Shown piece after piece: positions 1-14,354 of a DNA stretch of 64,000 nucleotides. The notes beneath the pieces were generated by a model. That model saw only the letters and a program-made list of their open reading frames with translations, searched no databases and was not told the DNA's origin. The stretch comes from the human T2T-CHM13v2.0 reference genome, Homo sapiens: the NCBI RefSeq assembly GCF_009914755.1, contig NC_060926.1; one strand, given 5' to 3'. The position numbers were made by a program, and so were the translations under genes. The first letter of the stretch is position 1, and every line of letters starts with the position of its first letter.

Positions 1-505
1 ACACTGTGCCAGTTATGTAAAACAGACACATAAAGACTAGTATTTTCCAACCAGTATATTGTACACCAGAATATTACATTTTTCTTTTATCATCAGAGAA
101 AAAATATTTTTCTAAAGCATATTATTAAATAAAATGACCCTTAGCATGAATAAAAATGAGTTAAAACTTTCTGATCATTTGAGTCAGGCACTATTATACA
201 TACTTTATATTTACCAAGTATTTACTATTTTAACACCCTCATAAGGGAGGTTCTACTGTAATCCCATTTCACAAATAAGAAAGCTGGAGCATCAAGAGAT
301 TAAGAACCTTGCACAGGGCCACACAGCTAGTATGTGGAGAAGACGGAACTGGAGTCCAGGCTTTAGCCCCTTTAGCCTCTAAGGCTGTATTGCCTCTCAA
401 ACAACTAATTATAGAAAATCAATCCTTTGAATATTACACAGATAAGAACCTTATTCAATACTAAACCCAGCTCACATACAAACCTGGGCTACAGACAACA
501 GACAG

Positions 506-581
506 CTAACTAGCTCCATCCTCCTGAGAAACACTGTGCATAGAAATGAGACTCTCACACTGTTCGCTGTCTTCTGGAACT
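506..581 (-). CDS. SLC35F5: SLC35F5 last coding exon ([24 protein letters not shown])
   Basis: poly-T..taag| acceptor; TAG stop at 506-508; exon lengths total 1572 nt = 523 aa + stop. Confidence 0.94.
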
Positions 582-748
582 CTTAAGAAAAAAAAAAGCA
601 GTAATTAAGGAAAGCTTTAGAGCTGAAAAGGAACCTCAAACCTTATTTATTCCATTGCCTGAAGCTATGTGGACAGGATGCAAGTCAGTGGCAGAACCAA
701 CACTAGGATAAAATTTCCCAAGAACTTGTCCCAAGTTAGCGTTTTTTG

Positions 749-1085
749 TTTTTGTTTTTTAAATAAGAGATAGGGTCTCACTTTTTGTTTTTTAAATAAG
801 AGATAGGGTCTCACTTTTTGTTTTTTAAATAAGAGACAGGGTATCACTTTGTCACCCAGGCTAAAGTGTAGTGGTGCTATTATAGTTCACTGCAGCTTTG
901 AATTCCTGGGCTCAAGTGATCCTCCTACCTCAGCCTCCCAAGTAGCTTGGGACTGCAGGTATATGCCATCATGTCTGGGTAATTTTTTTTTTAATTTTCT
1001 TAGAGACAGGGTCTTGATATGTTGCCCAGGCTGGTCTTGAGCTCCTAGCCTCAAGCAATTCTCCCACCTCAGCCTCCAGAGTCCC
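749..1085 (-). mobile_element. AluJ-like element with triplicated 3' end
   Basis: Reverse-complement Alu motifs; 33-nt unit present three times at 749-847. Confidence 0.85.
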
Positions 1086-1289
1086 TGGAACCAAGTTCTT
1101 TTTATAGCAAAATGTAAAAAGCTTTCATTCTTAAAAAGAAAGAAATTGGAAAGAAAAACTGAGGCAATACTATTCTATCATGAATTATGTTCAAACCAAT
1201 AAAAGTTTTCTATATTTAAGTTTGTTATGGCAAAACAGTAAACCTTTTGGTATTACCTGTGAATCATATTTTTTTAAAAAAAATGTAGT

Positions 1290-1697
<408 letters not shown>

Positions 1698-1852
1698 CTA
1701 AACCAATTATTTTATTTTCATCTGCCGTAACATATAAGTTATCATCTTTCAATAATTCCTCACAAAATCTCTAAAAGCTAGGCCAGCATGATGCAATTCT
1801 CAGTTATCTAGCAAACACTATTTTTAAAAATGTGTATTGGGACTAAACTTAC

Positions 1853-2007
1853 CTCTGAATTCGATGTTTTCTGCATATAAAAGCAAATATTCTTCTGATT
1901 CCCACCATCACAGGATCCCAATTATTATAATGGCATAGGAGAGTTACAATAAAAAATGAAAAAAATACAGGGATAGCTCCTGCAAAAAATAACCAAGAAA
2001 ACTGCAC
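1853..2007 (-). CDS. SLC35F5: SLC35F5 coding exon 14 ([16 protein letters not shown]...ICRKHRIQ)
   Basis: ttag| acceptor, |GTAAGT donor, 155 nt. Confidence 0.95.
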
Positions 2008-3979
2008 CTAAAAATAAAAGATAGAGGAAAAAACACACCCACAATTATCATTAAGGCAATTTTCCCCTTCAATGTAAGTTTTCTATTTGTGAAAACTAGC
2101 AGGAATAAGAACAATGGGAAGACAAAATTAAACACTGACAATGTATTAAGTGTATTATTATTAAATAAGAATTCAAGACTTCAACTTACTATTCCATGCA
2201 CCTAAATTACCAACAACAATAGTTCTTGCTTGGAAAATAGGCTAAAGGAAAGCCAAGAAAGCATACTTTCCATTTATAGGCATTGTACACTTAGAGTAGA
2301 GATATACAGTAGGAAACTTTGCTCCTGCACACCATGTTGCTCATTTCTTCTTCACTGTTTGCTGCCTAGTCTCAAGTGGGTCTCTCTCCCTCAGTTTCTG
2401 AAGTCATCTTCAAAAAATGTATATTTTCGTAAAAAGTTACAGTTGTAGTATGCTGTGTATGCTACAGTCCTTATGACAGTACCAAAAACAAATTAAGTGC
2501 AAATTTGACACTCAAAACTCGCTTATCTAGTAATAAATGAAAAAAGCTCAAAATGAAATAATGACCAAATAAAATAAAGAAAAAAATATAGAAATATTTT
2601 TACTAAGGAATGTTAGCCAGAGAAGACAAGCAACAAGACAAGCCTCATCAGTGATGTCAACAAGTCTGATCCTCCAATCCATCATTTATCAGAGTTGTCA
2701 AGAAAATAAAAAATATCTGTAAGTAGGGTGGAGGTATTAAAATCAAAAAGAAAAAAAAATAAGAAAAACAAATATATAAATAAAAAGAAAATAAAAAATA
2801 ATGAGATGCCATCCAAAACAAAACTCATTCTTCCCTTTCACTAGTTCACTTTTACCATCTAGACTCAGCTAAAGATCAGAAACGATTGTCAAAGAAGCCT
2901 ACACTGATCAACCACTGAGACTTAAGTGTAACACACAGGAGGTTTGCTTTAAAAATAATGATGAAAATAGTAACTTCTATCTATAAAATAGGAAAGGAAA
3001 ACTGTGTTTGCCCTCTTTGAGAATTAAAAAAAAAAAAAAAAGGGCATGGAATCATAGGTAAGACTCCCTCTGGTGGAAAACATATACTATTCCATTTCAT
3101 AGCACCATTAGTCAGAGTAAACGAGTTTTGTGAGCATAATGTCTTTTATGAGGGAACTCACAATGCATAACACAAGAATAATAACTGACAATTTTTAACA
3201 TGCATGCCCTATTTCTATGGTATTCATATACAATGACTGAGTCAGCCTAAGAAGACCCCGGAAAGAATAGTCATTAAACTGAAAAGCCTTCATTTAGTTA
3301 TGAAATTACCAATATATTTTAACATATTCCTGGAATATTTGCCAGAATGACTAATAATCAGGAAAAACCATGCTGCATTTAAATTATCCAAGATCAGAAA
3401 AGGTATTAAGAAGTTATAAATAATGCGATTAAAAATGTAGATATAGTTGATAGAATTATTTCATGAATATTCAACTAAAAACCTTATTTCATAACTGAAT
3501 CAAAGCAAACTTAATAAAGATAGATAAAGCCCTAGAAGACTTTAGAAGGCAAGTTCACTTTCCACAATGTAGCTGTTTATATGTTGTCTCATAATAAAAA
3601 ACTTCTAATTTGATTTCCAACAAGCTAAGACAAAAGAAACGAAGCCATTTATTACAACAAAGAAAATTACCTATGTAAACAAAATTTTTTTTTCTAATTC
3701 CTAAATATATCTGAATATCAAATAGAATATGATCAAGGATGCTTTCTATTATATAAAATGATTATAAATAGATTTAAATAACCAATTTGTTTCAAGCACA
3801 ATGTTAATAAATGCTAACATTTCAGAAGCTATATATAAATACAGTTAGCTAATTAAACCTAAAAACCCTATAAAAGTAGATTTCTCTTATGTTTGTGTTA
3901 CAGTTCTGGACACACACTGCTGCTTTTTCCAGATGGAATCTCCCTAACCTCAATCCTGACACCAACACACAGCCTGCTC

Positions 3980-4076
3980 CTTTAACTGACTGCCCAGTTC
4001 TAGATATGAAGACAATCAAGAACACCAAATCTTTTCTTGATTGTCTTCATATCCAGAACTGGGCAATCAGTTAAAG
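3980..4076 (-). ncRNA. MIR4782: pre-miRNA hairpin MIR4782 in SLC35F5 intron 13 (5p at 4037-4058, 3p at 3997-4018)
   Basis: 43-bp arms with 2 mismatches and an 11-nt loop; minus strand reads UUCUGGAUAUGAAGACAAUCAA and UGAUUGUCUUCAUAUCUAGAAC, matching recalled miR-4782-5p/-3p. Confidence 0.88.
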
Positions 4077-4644
4077 TTTGGTTATGTTTTTATAATTAAT
4101 TGCATGTGCATACATTTCCCCGTTTTGTCTTTACCCTAAAATACTTTATTAAACAAATTATAACCATTATTGTTTGTAATGATAATTATGAAATGACTAA
4201 TCATTTAATACAATTAGGTCCCCTGTGACTATTTTCTTAAAAATTCCTGAACATTAAGCTGCAATTTTTTTCAATCTACGAAAGCTTTTGTTTTTAAAAT
4301 ATCAGTACAATAAAGATGATTTACACAGTAGTCTACCAAAATCCTCTAACAAGTAGCACCTTCCCAGTTTCACAACCAGTTTGGTTCATATTCAGGATTA
4401 TGACCTGAAGATGAAGAAGGGCCTAGATATTACTTAAATCTATAAAAGAATGATGTGTAATAATGTGCAATGTTAGTGTTATATGGAATATCCACATTCT
4501 TTGAAAATGCAAGTTATGTAAGATAATTAATTCTCAATTAAGGAAAGAATCTCAGTTCTTTAACCATGACAAATAAGAATTTACTGACCATAAAACAAAG
4601 TTAAATATCAGTAAAGAATTATTTTATAAATAAAGAGGATATAG

Positions 4645-4971
<327 letters not shown>

Positions 4972-5076
4972 TAAGACCTAGAGAAAAATAGGTTTAAAAT
5001 TTTGATTATTGCTTGTACACATTATAAGCCTTTGGGCCTTGAAGTATTTCCCTCTTCAAATTATATTAGACTAAAA

Positions 5077-5108
5077 CACACATACATACACACACACACA
5101 CACACACA
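5077..5108. repeat. (CA)n microsatellite
   Basis: Interrupted CA run. Confidence 0.85.
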
Positions 5109-5804
5109 TACTTCTGTGACTTAGTAGTTGCAGTTAAAAGTTAAATGCCTACATATACTGAACTGTGTGATAAATGGCTATGCTCCATCTTTCAGTGCTG
5201 GGCAACAGCATACCTCTGTTCTTCCTGCTTCACCCAAGAGCACTGAATAAACTCTTCCCTTCTAGGCTGCTGGCAGAAACATCCCAGATTCTCTTTTCTG
5301 CGGTGTTAGCATTGCCAATATTTATCACAAGAATCCCCACATCCATACTAGGCCTTCAGAGAAAAGGGATGGGATACCCACTCTGCTGAGTCCAGAGAGA
5401 GATGGCTAACTTTTACTGCAAACAGCATGATTCCTGTGCTGCTCATTCAGCACAGTGTTAAGGAGCCTGTGATAGGGTTTATCGCAGAAACTAAAATGCT
5501 TGTATGATAAAATGTGACTTACCAAAGAACATCTGGAACAGAATCAGCTCAAAAACTGGAGAACTACATATGAAGATGATGCCCTTAACTTAGAAATTTA
5601 GGGAAAAAAATGGAAAAGCTAAAAATGGAAATTATCTATTTCTTCGGTACTTTCTATATTTCTATGTAGTAGAGCACCTTGGGAGAGAAAGCATCAAGTA
5701 TTATTTATGTTTGTATCCTTATAATTTAATCACATCTCAACTTTCATTAGGTTTGTTTTAATAACACACCTAAAATATCTATGAATAATAAATAGTTTCC
5801 TTAC

Positions 5805-5895
5805 CTTTTGCATACACATGTCAGCTATTATGGACAGAGGTATTGTAAGGCTTAGTGCAAGTGTGCCTATCAATGATGAGGTAAGAAAGCAGCCC
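5805..5895 (-). CDS. SLC35F5: SLC35F5 coding exon 13 ([30 protein letters not shown])
   Basis: poly-T..tag| acceptor, |GTAAGG donor, 91 nt. Confidence 0.95.
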
Positions 5896-8083
5896 CTAAA
5901 AAAAAGAAAATATACATTTCTATATTTAAAAAATTAAACAACCAAAGAAAAACACTGAACAAAGACTTTCTATCCTATAATATAGGCCTGTGAGATCAGG
6001 AGCAAAGATAAGAGGCTAGGATGGATTGAAACATAAAATATAATAAAGTTATTAAGATGATTCTCAAAGTTTTTCTTCAAATATTAAAAATACAAATATA
6101 TAAGTATAAAAAGCTCAAAATATTTTATGCTATTTTCAAGAGCTGTTTGCAGATCTTATTCAACTTTGGGTGTATAGCTTATATTTCATTAATTTTTTTA
6201 AAAAACTGTTGAACAGTTATTACCGTTTTGTGATGATTTGTAGATAACAAAGAAAACAGCATTATTAACATTGCAGGACAATACTTCACACATAGACTTT
6301 AAGGAAGTGATAAGCCAACATGTGATTCTGTCACCAAGCAAAAATATCTCACCTTCATGAACACTAAAATCATGTGTTACTCTTTTGATTTGGCTTGGCA
6401 TAAAAAAAGAAAGACTTGAATATTCTTAAAAAATATTTTCTTGTTGTTTTCCATTTTTCTAACAATTGTCCTAACCAAAAGCTAAGTAAGCTCTTTATTT
6501 TCACCTTGAATTAACAATGTGGGTATGAAATTTTGAAATATCTATCTGCATACAATTTTGTTGAATTGAAAGAAAATATTATACCCAATGGAGACAGATG
6601 AGCCATTTATAAAGACTGATAATTTGGGCATATAAGGAGAAAATGAATTATAAGCCAAGATAAAACCATAATGTATATTGTTAGGACTACAGATCCATGG
6701 AAGTTATAGGCAAGTAAAATCTAGCTCAGTATATGTCAGAATTAATAGTGCTGTCCTGCAATAAAAGGGGCTATCTCTCAATAAAGTGTCACTAGAAGTA
6801 ATGAACAGAGGCTGAACAACGAGTCCTTATTGATGAGGTAAAGGAAACAAGTACTTGTGGTTCCCACTACTTAGCTGCTCTGTGAAAAGAGCATTCGGGG
6901 TCAAATACAGCATATGTTCTTGGATGTTTATCATGCAGAGTACTATAATAAAAAACCTGGGAGGTAGAATTATAAAGCCTGTTTGACTTAATCCAGCTGT
7001 TAAGGTGGATCCAATTTAGCTAAAGGCTAAAGCCTTTTGTCATCTGTTAATAGTTAAGGTTAAAAAAATCGAGTATCTAAAATGTACATAACTAAAGATG
7101 AAAAAATTAATGAGCAAATGGATTATGATTTTAAAGAATTTTAGATCAGCAAAGGAGTTTAGATAAGAACATAAATTACTACAATACAAAGTAAATCTTT
7201 AAGTATTACACAAAAGAGAGTGATATGGGGGATACCAAGAAAATAGGTATTTCTTAACTGGGCAGGGAGACAGCACTGTAGGCAGAGCATTAAGGAAGAC
7301 TCCACAAAAAAGTCTATTTCTGTTGCAGTCTTTTGCAAGGGAAAACTAGTTAGCAGTTTCAATGGGTATGTAATAAAACTCATTTTATTCACTTAGGTTT
7401 TATTCATTCTATTCATTTCAAGTTTCTATTAAATAAAAATAGGACTAAGTATAAAGCTCTGTTATTTGAAAGGTCTCTCAAACTCCATACATGATACTGT
7501 CTTCATACTATTTTAAGTTTATTATCGCATATCAGTATATTGGATATACAGCATATCAAAGTATGTTAACATCTCAAATCAATCAGAGTTTAAGGTTTAC
7601 ATATCTGGCTCACCCATATGAAAGGTTCTGAAAATAAATAAAACAAAAACACCTATGAACAAGCAAACAGATATTCCAAAGCCTCTTAAATAAGCAGCAT
7701 CTCCTGGATTCTCAACTAGAACTCATGCACTCATACTTGGCATACATACCTCATATGTTTGGATATCCATTAGATAATGACTACTTTCATCTGCATAACA
7801 CTCCACTTTCTAAAACATTTTTACAGATTTAGACCATTCATATTCATTCTTTCATTCAACAAGTATTTATTGAGCTCCTTCTGTGGACAAGGTACTACTC
7901 TAGAATGGGCACACAGAAGTTAAAAAACAAAGTCCCTGCTCTAGTGGAGTTAAAGTATTCAGTTGTATGTGTGTTGCAGAATGGGGTGCACAGGAAGGGC
8001 CACCAGCAAACAGACAAATATAAATGCTTAAAATATCCAAAAATTAATCAACTGATAATAATTGGAGAATAAACAGTACATAC

Positions 8084-8243
8084 CACAACCACAGGAACTC
8101 TGAGAGTACTGTTCCAATAAGGCCATTAATGATAATGCACATTAATACTACTTTATTGGGAAACTCGAAGTCCTCAAATCCAGTATAATGAAGTAAAAAG
8201 AAACCTGGCCATAAGAGCAGCAGATTAAACAAACCTACAAAAC
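8084..8243 (-). CDS. SLC35F5: SLC35F5 coding exon 12 ([15 protein letters not shown]...VLSEFLWL)
   Basis: tcag| acceptor, |GTATGT donor, 160 nt; ORF 8044..8232. Confidence 0.95.
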
Positions 8244-8789
8244 CTGAACATGTATAAAAGAGACAAGAGTTAAAATTGATTTATTTCTATTTTCCAAGCT
8301 TATTAACTCTAAAATCAAAATTAGATTTTGCACAAAAGCACTCTGGGAGGTTTCCTTAGCTAAAACTTCTGTTGGTTTGTTTTTAAGTCAGTCCTGTGAA
8401 TAGCTCAACGCCATAGAAAAAAAAACTGTCTGAAGCAACTGGTGATCACTCAGTTCAACTACCCACATTGTATGGGAGCAACTACTATGGAATAAACCAC
8501 TTAGGACAACTCAACAAGAAGGGTTGTTAACCTTAGCTACTGATAATATAGTGCCCTAGAACTTAAAAGAAATAACTGGTATGTATGTGTTTGTGTACTC
8601 AGCCTAAATTAATTTTGAGGAATTAGATGGTTTGCTCTCTGATTCAATTATTTATGTCCAAAACACTTGTGCTTTGCGAGCAATAATGGAAGAAGGTTCC
8701 AAAGGAGATAAAACTCTTGGTTCCTGCATTCCCAGACCTCTAACTAGTTAGTGAGAAAGTATGTACACACAAAGAGCTATTCAACGTAT

Positions 8790-9045
8790 GAGCAAAGTAC
8801 AGACTGACTAGTGGTTAAGTGTGTGCTCGGCCATCTGACTGCCTGGGTCCAATCCCAGCTCTATATATCACTCAATAGTAGTGCAAGCCTTATACCTCTT
8901 TAAGCCTCAGTTTTCCAATCTATAAGCATAAAATAACATTTAATAATATTTAATTAGGTTGCTGGGAAGATTAGACAAAACACATAAAATATAGCATAGT
9001 ATCTGGCACATGGTAAGCACTTAATAAAAGTTAGCTAATATTATT
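8790..9045 (+). mobile_element. MIR SINE
   Basis: MIR core-like GCCTCAGTTTTCC...TGGCACATGGTAAGCACTTAATAAA. Confidence 0.7.
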
Positions 9046-9240
9046 ATAGAAATTAAGTTTATATATGACTATATACATGTAAAAGTAAAGAATATAAAGA
9101 AAAAAGATTACAATTCTATAATAAATTTTGTTGTACTTCCTATACAGTTTATGTCACAAATTTGCTATATGATTTATGTAACTATATAGCTTTCTTAAAA
9201 GAAAATTAAATTACAGTAGATATATAATTGATACTTACTA

Positions 9241-9675
9241 TGTCACCTAAATAATAAACCAGTCATTAGGATGCCTAGTTAAATCTTAACAGGGCAGGAG
9301 CACCCACTCTCTGTCTGATGCTAAAGACTCACAGCCACCCCACTTCTGTGAAGGGGGGCAAATAAGTCTGCCTTTCCCAGCAAGTTCCCACCCTCCACTC
9401 CACCCCATCTTCTGCAGCTCATGACTAATTGATGGAGGCTTTACGAGGCCAGCCATCACGACTCAAGGCCCAGACATATTAGCTGCTCTCCCTCTGCTCC
9501 CCGCCTCAGTACCTGCAATGAATTGGGCCAAACCTCAGTTATACTTGTGCGCCACACGGTTCTTTCCCCTTCTCTATCTTGCTTCCTTCACTGCAAGTTT
9601 TTCCTTCAGTGAACTCCCCACAAAAAATCACCCACACAAATTCCCCATCTCATATCCTGTTTTAGGGAGCCCAAC
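9241..9675 (+). mobile_element. Old ERVL-type LTR fragment (LTR16-like)
   Basis: Resemblance to recalled LTR16 3' end; interrupted by the MST LTR. Confidence 0.4.
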
Positions 9676-10040
9676 TATTATGGTTTGGCTCTGTGTCCCC
9701 ACCCAAATCTCATCTTGACTTGTAATCCCCACGTGTCAGGGAGGGACCTGGTGGGAAGTGACTGGATCATGTGGGTGGTTTCCCCCATGCTGTTCCCATC
9801 ATAGTGAGTTCTTACAAGATTTGATGGTTTTAAAGTGTTTGGCAGTTCCCCCTTCTCAAGTTCTCTCTCTCTTGCCAGTGTGTAAAACATGCCTTGCTTC
9901 CCCTTCACCTTACGTCATGATTGTAAGTTTCCTGAGGCCTCCCCAGCCATGCAGAACTGTGAGTCAATTAAACCTCTTTTGTTTATAAATTACCCAGTCT
10001 CAGGTAGTTCTTTATAGCAGTGTGAAAACAGACTAATACA
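9676..10040 (+). mobile_element. MaLR solo LTR (MSTA/THE1-like)
   Basis: TATGGTTTGGCTCTGTGTCCCC...GACTAATACA; 5-bp TSD CCAAC at 9671-9675 and 10041-10045. Confidence 0.9.
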
Positions 10041-10702
10041 CCAACTTACATCTATTGATTAAAAAAACAACAACAAAAGAACACATATACAGCAAGGACA
10101 CGACCTAAAATGCTTAAATAACATTACAAAGTTGTTTTAATGAAACACCAAAACGTGGCATTACCAAGATCTAAATCTATTTTCTAGTCCCTGAAGTGCT
10201 GAGTCTATGAAATCCCACGTAAATTAACATCCTTTGACCTAGAGACAAAAGTCCTAATGACCCCACCTATTCCCTCGACTGCCCAGAATCTGGCGCCACA
10301 TGCCTTTCTGTTCTTCTTCCACAAAGCGAAGTTCCAGCACAATCATTCAGATCTACTCACTGCTCCCTGTTAAGCCTCTGCTCACACTCCCTTGCCTGAA
10401 GAGCCCCCAACATCCCAATCCTAACTTCTCCGAATCCTGTCTATTCTAAAGCCCAGGGCAGATCAATATTGCTTTACATATCACATCACATATGAACAGG
10501 ACCAACACAAGCCACATGTCTATATGCACTCTCCCTAATATGAGTAAATTAAGCAATTTTTCTTGCAAGTTGTCAATGTATAAATTTTTAAAAAGTACCA
10601 CTGACCCAACCACCTACCTATAACACTAAAAAAAACTAGCATTTTATTCCATTCCAAATAAAATTTTCTATGACTCTCAAATAAAATATCATTAAAATTA
10701 TC

Positions 10703-11145
10703 TTTTCTTTTTTAAGAGACAGCATCTTACTCTGTTACCCAGGCTAGAGTGCAGAGACACAATCATAGCTCACTGCAGACTCGAACTCCTGGACTCAAGT
10801 GATTCTCCTGCCTCAGCCTCTCATGCAGCTGGGATTACAAACACATGTAACCAAACCTGGCTATTATGCTATATTTCTTGAATTCTATATTTAAAAAGAA
10901 TTTAAGCAATCATTCAGCCTCATGGCTTTTCAAACATTTTATTTTTGTTAGTCTTTAGGTACAAGTATTTAATCTATTTTTAGTTTTAAAATAGTTTTAA
11001 AATAGTCTTTTTTTAAAAAAAATTAAATAGAAATGCAGTCTCCCTATGTTGCCCAGGCTGATCTTGAATCCCTGGCTTCAAGCAGTCCTCCTGCCTCAGC
11101 CTCTCAAAGTGCTGGGATCACAGGCGTGAGCCACAATGCCCAGCC
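10703..11145 (-). mobile_element. AluJ monomers separated by ~150 nt of AT-rich sequence
   Basis: Right-arm piece ~10703-10860, left-arm piece ~11010-11145. Confidence 0.75.
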
Positions 11146-12106
11146 ATAAGAAAAATCTTTACTATAAATTAAATTCTAATGCAAAATGCTCAACAAAGTA
11201 GAGCTGTTCCACAGGTGAAGCAGCAAAGGAGTCCAAGAACTAGACCCCTGCATGCAACTGTATTTCCTTCCAACCATCCCAGAAGCCTACCTATTCCCTA
11301 AATCACAGTTTAGAGGCCATTCATCTAGTCCAATTTCCTCATATTTCAGATGCCTATGAGATAAATAAAGTTACAACAGCTGGATTCCAGGTCTCCTGAC
11401 TCCTTGTAAGCTGCACTTTGAACTCTTATCATGGAGCTTCTTTATCTATTTATATTCAGATATCTTTTGAAAGATTATCTTGTCAATGTGTTCTTCTCCA
11501 GTCCTACAGATATCGCAAGTTCTTTCCTGAACTGATGTCAGGCAAAGGAAAATTTATAAACCATATCCAGAAACTATAATTGGGTAATTTGAGAATGAAT
11601 CTATGTTATAAAAGTGTCTGTGTCTTAAAGATAAAATGCAAATGAAAAGCATTTAAATGGCCCACAATTTTTAATGTACATAAGTACATAGACTGCGACA
11701 GCATTAAACATATAATTCGGGGGCAGTCTCCCCAGTCCTTTGCTAACTATTCAAAAATGGCAAAATGTAAAATACAGCAGGTAAACTCTCACATGCTTGT
11801 AAGAGCATAAATCTGTCCTATCAGTGAGATAAATATCTGACTTGCAGTCTGAAGACATCAATTTGAAAAAAGTGTTAGGAGTTTCTTTCTGTCTCACACT
11901 GAGGAGATGGGCACTCCCTCATAGGTGCACAACTATGCAGGATAAAGTAAGGAAAACATTGGGACTGGCCTTCATAATCTTTAAATGGTTTTAAAGAATC
12001 ATACGGAAGAAAAAAAAAGGCTTCCCTATTCCCTCTGAAAAACAAAAGCAAAACCCTGTGTTAATCATTTAGAGTAAATAGCCTCCCAAGTTACATATAT
12101 TCTTAC

Positions 12107-12211
12107 CAAAGAACATTGGAATATCCAACTTGTCTTCTCTATCTACTTTTCTCTTAATCATAACAATATAGACAGCATAGAGCATGGCTCCAGCAAGAGA
12201 CCAAATGGAAC
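12107..12211 (-). CDS. SLC35F5: SLC35F5 coding exon 11 ([34 protein letters not shown])
   Basis: acag| acceptor, |GTAAGA donor, 105 nt. Confidence 0.95.
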
Positions 12212-13281
12212 CTGTAAAAATGGACATGATTTAAAGCAATCACTCATTAGCTCATTCAATATACGCTTAAAATCCAATAATGTGTCAGATAATATTGCAA
12301 GAATATACAAAAGTGAAAAGATATATAATGATATAAATCACCTTTATATTGATATAAAGATATATAATGAAAAGGTATAGCCTACCCCATCCAAGTCTTC
12401 TAGGAGTACAGGAAGGAGTTTAATGTGTTAACAAATAAATGCAAAAGCATTCACCTCAATGATCCGACCAAAACCTATACATATTATAATAATACAACTC
12501 CAAAGTAACACTTTGTTTTTAATTTAGAAATGCATGTTTCTTATTTTACCCTACCTAAACAATCTTGACACCTGGCATTTTCCAACTTAACAAATTTTTT
12601 TTCCATCACTAAGCTGTTGCTTGTATTGTCTTCCTTACCCCCATATATCATTCTTAATATGTATTGCACTACCACTCCCATCTTAAAGGCTCTGTTAAAG
12701 TTCCATTTCTTCCACAAAGCATCCTCTTTCTAATCGGCTGTATTTCTGTCCTGTCTTCTGTTTTAGACAATACTTACTATTGTCAAGTGTGGTATTAGTT
12801 TAATCCCTAGTAGCTTCATTTTATAAATCTCATATTGTTCCAAATCAAGAACTCCTTGAAAACTGCAAACACATAATTTATACTTTTTAATGTTCCAAAA
12901 CAGCTAACATAATACAGATCTCACAGTACATGAATAATAAATACTGATTCTCTTTATTAACTCTCAAAACCATTTAAACTTTTCAAAACAGCTAAATAAT
13001 GTTCTGCCAAGTGGTCATATTCAATACTTTAATCAATTATTCAAAAGACGAATGTTTTATTAAATTTTTTTTATTATTTTCAAACTTTTTTTAAAGCTAA
13101 GGAAAAGCCTGTCAACAAAATCTTGCATACACATGCACATACCAAATACATATATTGTTTTATATACACAAAGCTGCTCTGGGTGAGAAAGAGGTGAGGA
13201 GGTTCAAAGCACAGCTCACTGGGTAGTAGCTAGGAACAATTTAGAAAGCATTGTTCTATTCAATAAACCTCAAATATCTAA

Positions 13282-13443
<162 letters not shown>

Positions 13444-13499
13444 TAGGTTCTGATTACTTTTGTTTTTGTTAAGTCTAAGCAATGGATCAAAATCTAAGT

Positions 13500-14180
13500 G
13501 TTCACCATAGCAGTAACTATGAATCAAGAATCAAGAGTAAATGGCAATATTCGTGGGTGAAGATATGACAGCAACAGGAAATTTGTATAGCCTCAAAGTA
13601 TCCCCCACAAGATGCTTATTACTTACAGTGGGAAATATTAGTAACTTTACACTGGAGTAGGGTGGTTAATTTTAACCACCTTAAAATTAACATTACCAGC
13701 AACAGGACAAATCAATATCATGTGCCTTTTGGTAGAATGCACTGATCAGGAAACAATATCACTTCCATTATATTCTTACCAAAAATGCACAACCTCAATT
13801 TAACCAAAGAAAATGTCAGACAAATGCAAATTGAGGAACGTTCTACAAACCAACTAGGTGGTACCCTACAAAAGTGTCAAGGTCATAAAAGACAAGAAGA
13901 CTGAGGAACACTTCTGCATTTAAAGGAAACTAAGGAAACACGACAATTAAATGCAATAAATGATCCTAGATCAGAAAAAGAACATTAGTGGAAAAAGTGG
14001 CAAAATTTGAAAAGGCTTTATAGATAACAGTATCATAATCAACGTTAATTTCTGATTTTTATAACTGTATAATATTTATGTAAGTTGTTAACATTTGAAA
14101 AATCTGGGTGAAGGCTATGAGAATTCACTAAACTATTTACGCATTTTTTTATGTTATTTCCAAAGGAAAAGTTCAAAAAA
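13500..14180 (+). mobile_element. Old L1 (L1MC/L1ME-type) 3' UTR fragment
   Basis: Resemblance to recalled L1M 3' end motifs. Confidence 0.55.
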
Positions 14181-14289
14181 AACCCACCCTGCTAGTGCCT
14201 ACCCTTTGTGCGTTCATCTGTGCACATGAGCACGCACATGTAACTTTCTTATTTACTCTAACAGAGAGAATCCAGAGTCCAGTACTTAC

Positions 14290-14354
14290 CTACTGTGTCT
14301 CTTCCAGCAGGTTTTTCAGACCCTGCCAGGTTTACCAGTACAACGCCTCCAATG
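14290..14354 (-). CDS. SLC35F5: SLC35F5 coding exon 10 ([21 protein letters not shown])
   Basis: atag| acceptor, |GTAAGT donor, 65 nt. Confidence 0.94.

Noticed and set aside
13661-13691. Overlapping short palindromes GGTGGTTAATTTTAACCACC / TTAAAATTAAC
   Set aside because: Arms of about 10 bp in an AT-rich old L1 fragment; too short to interpret
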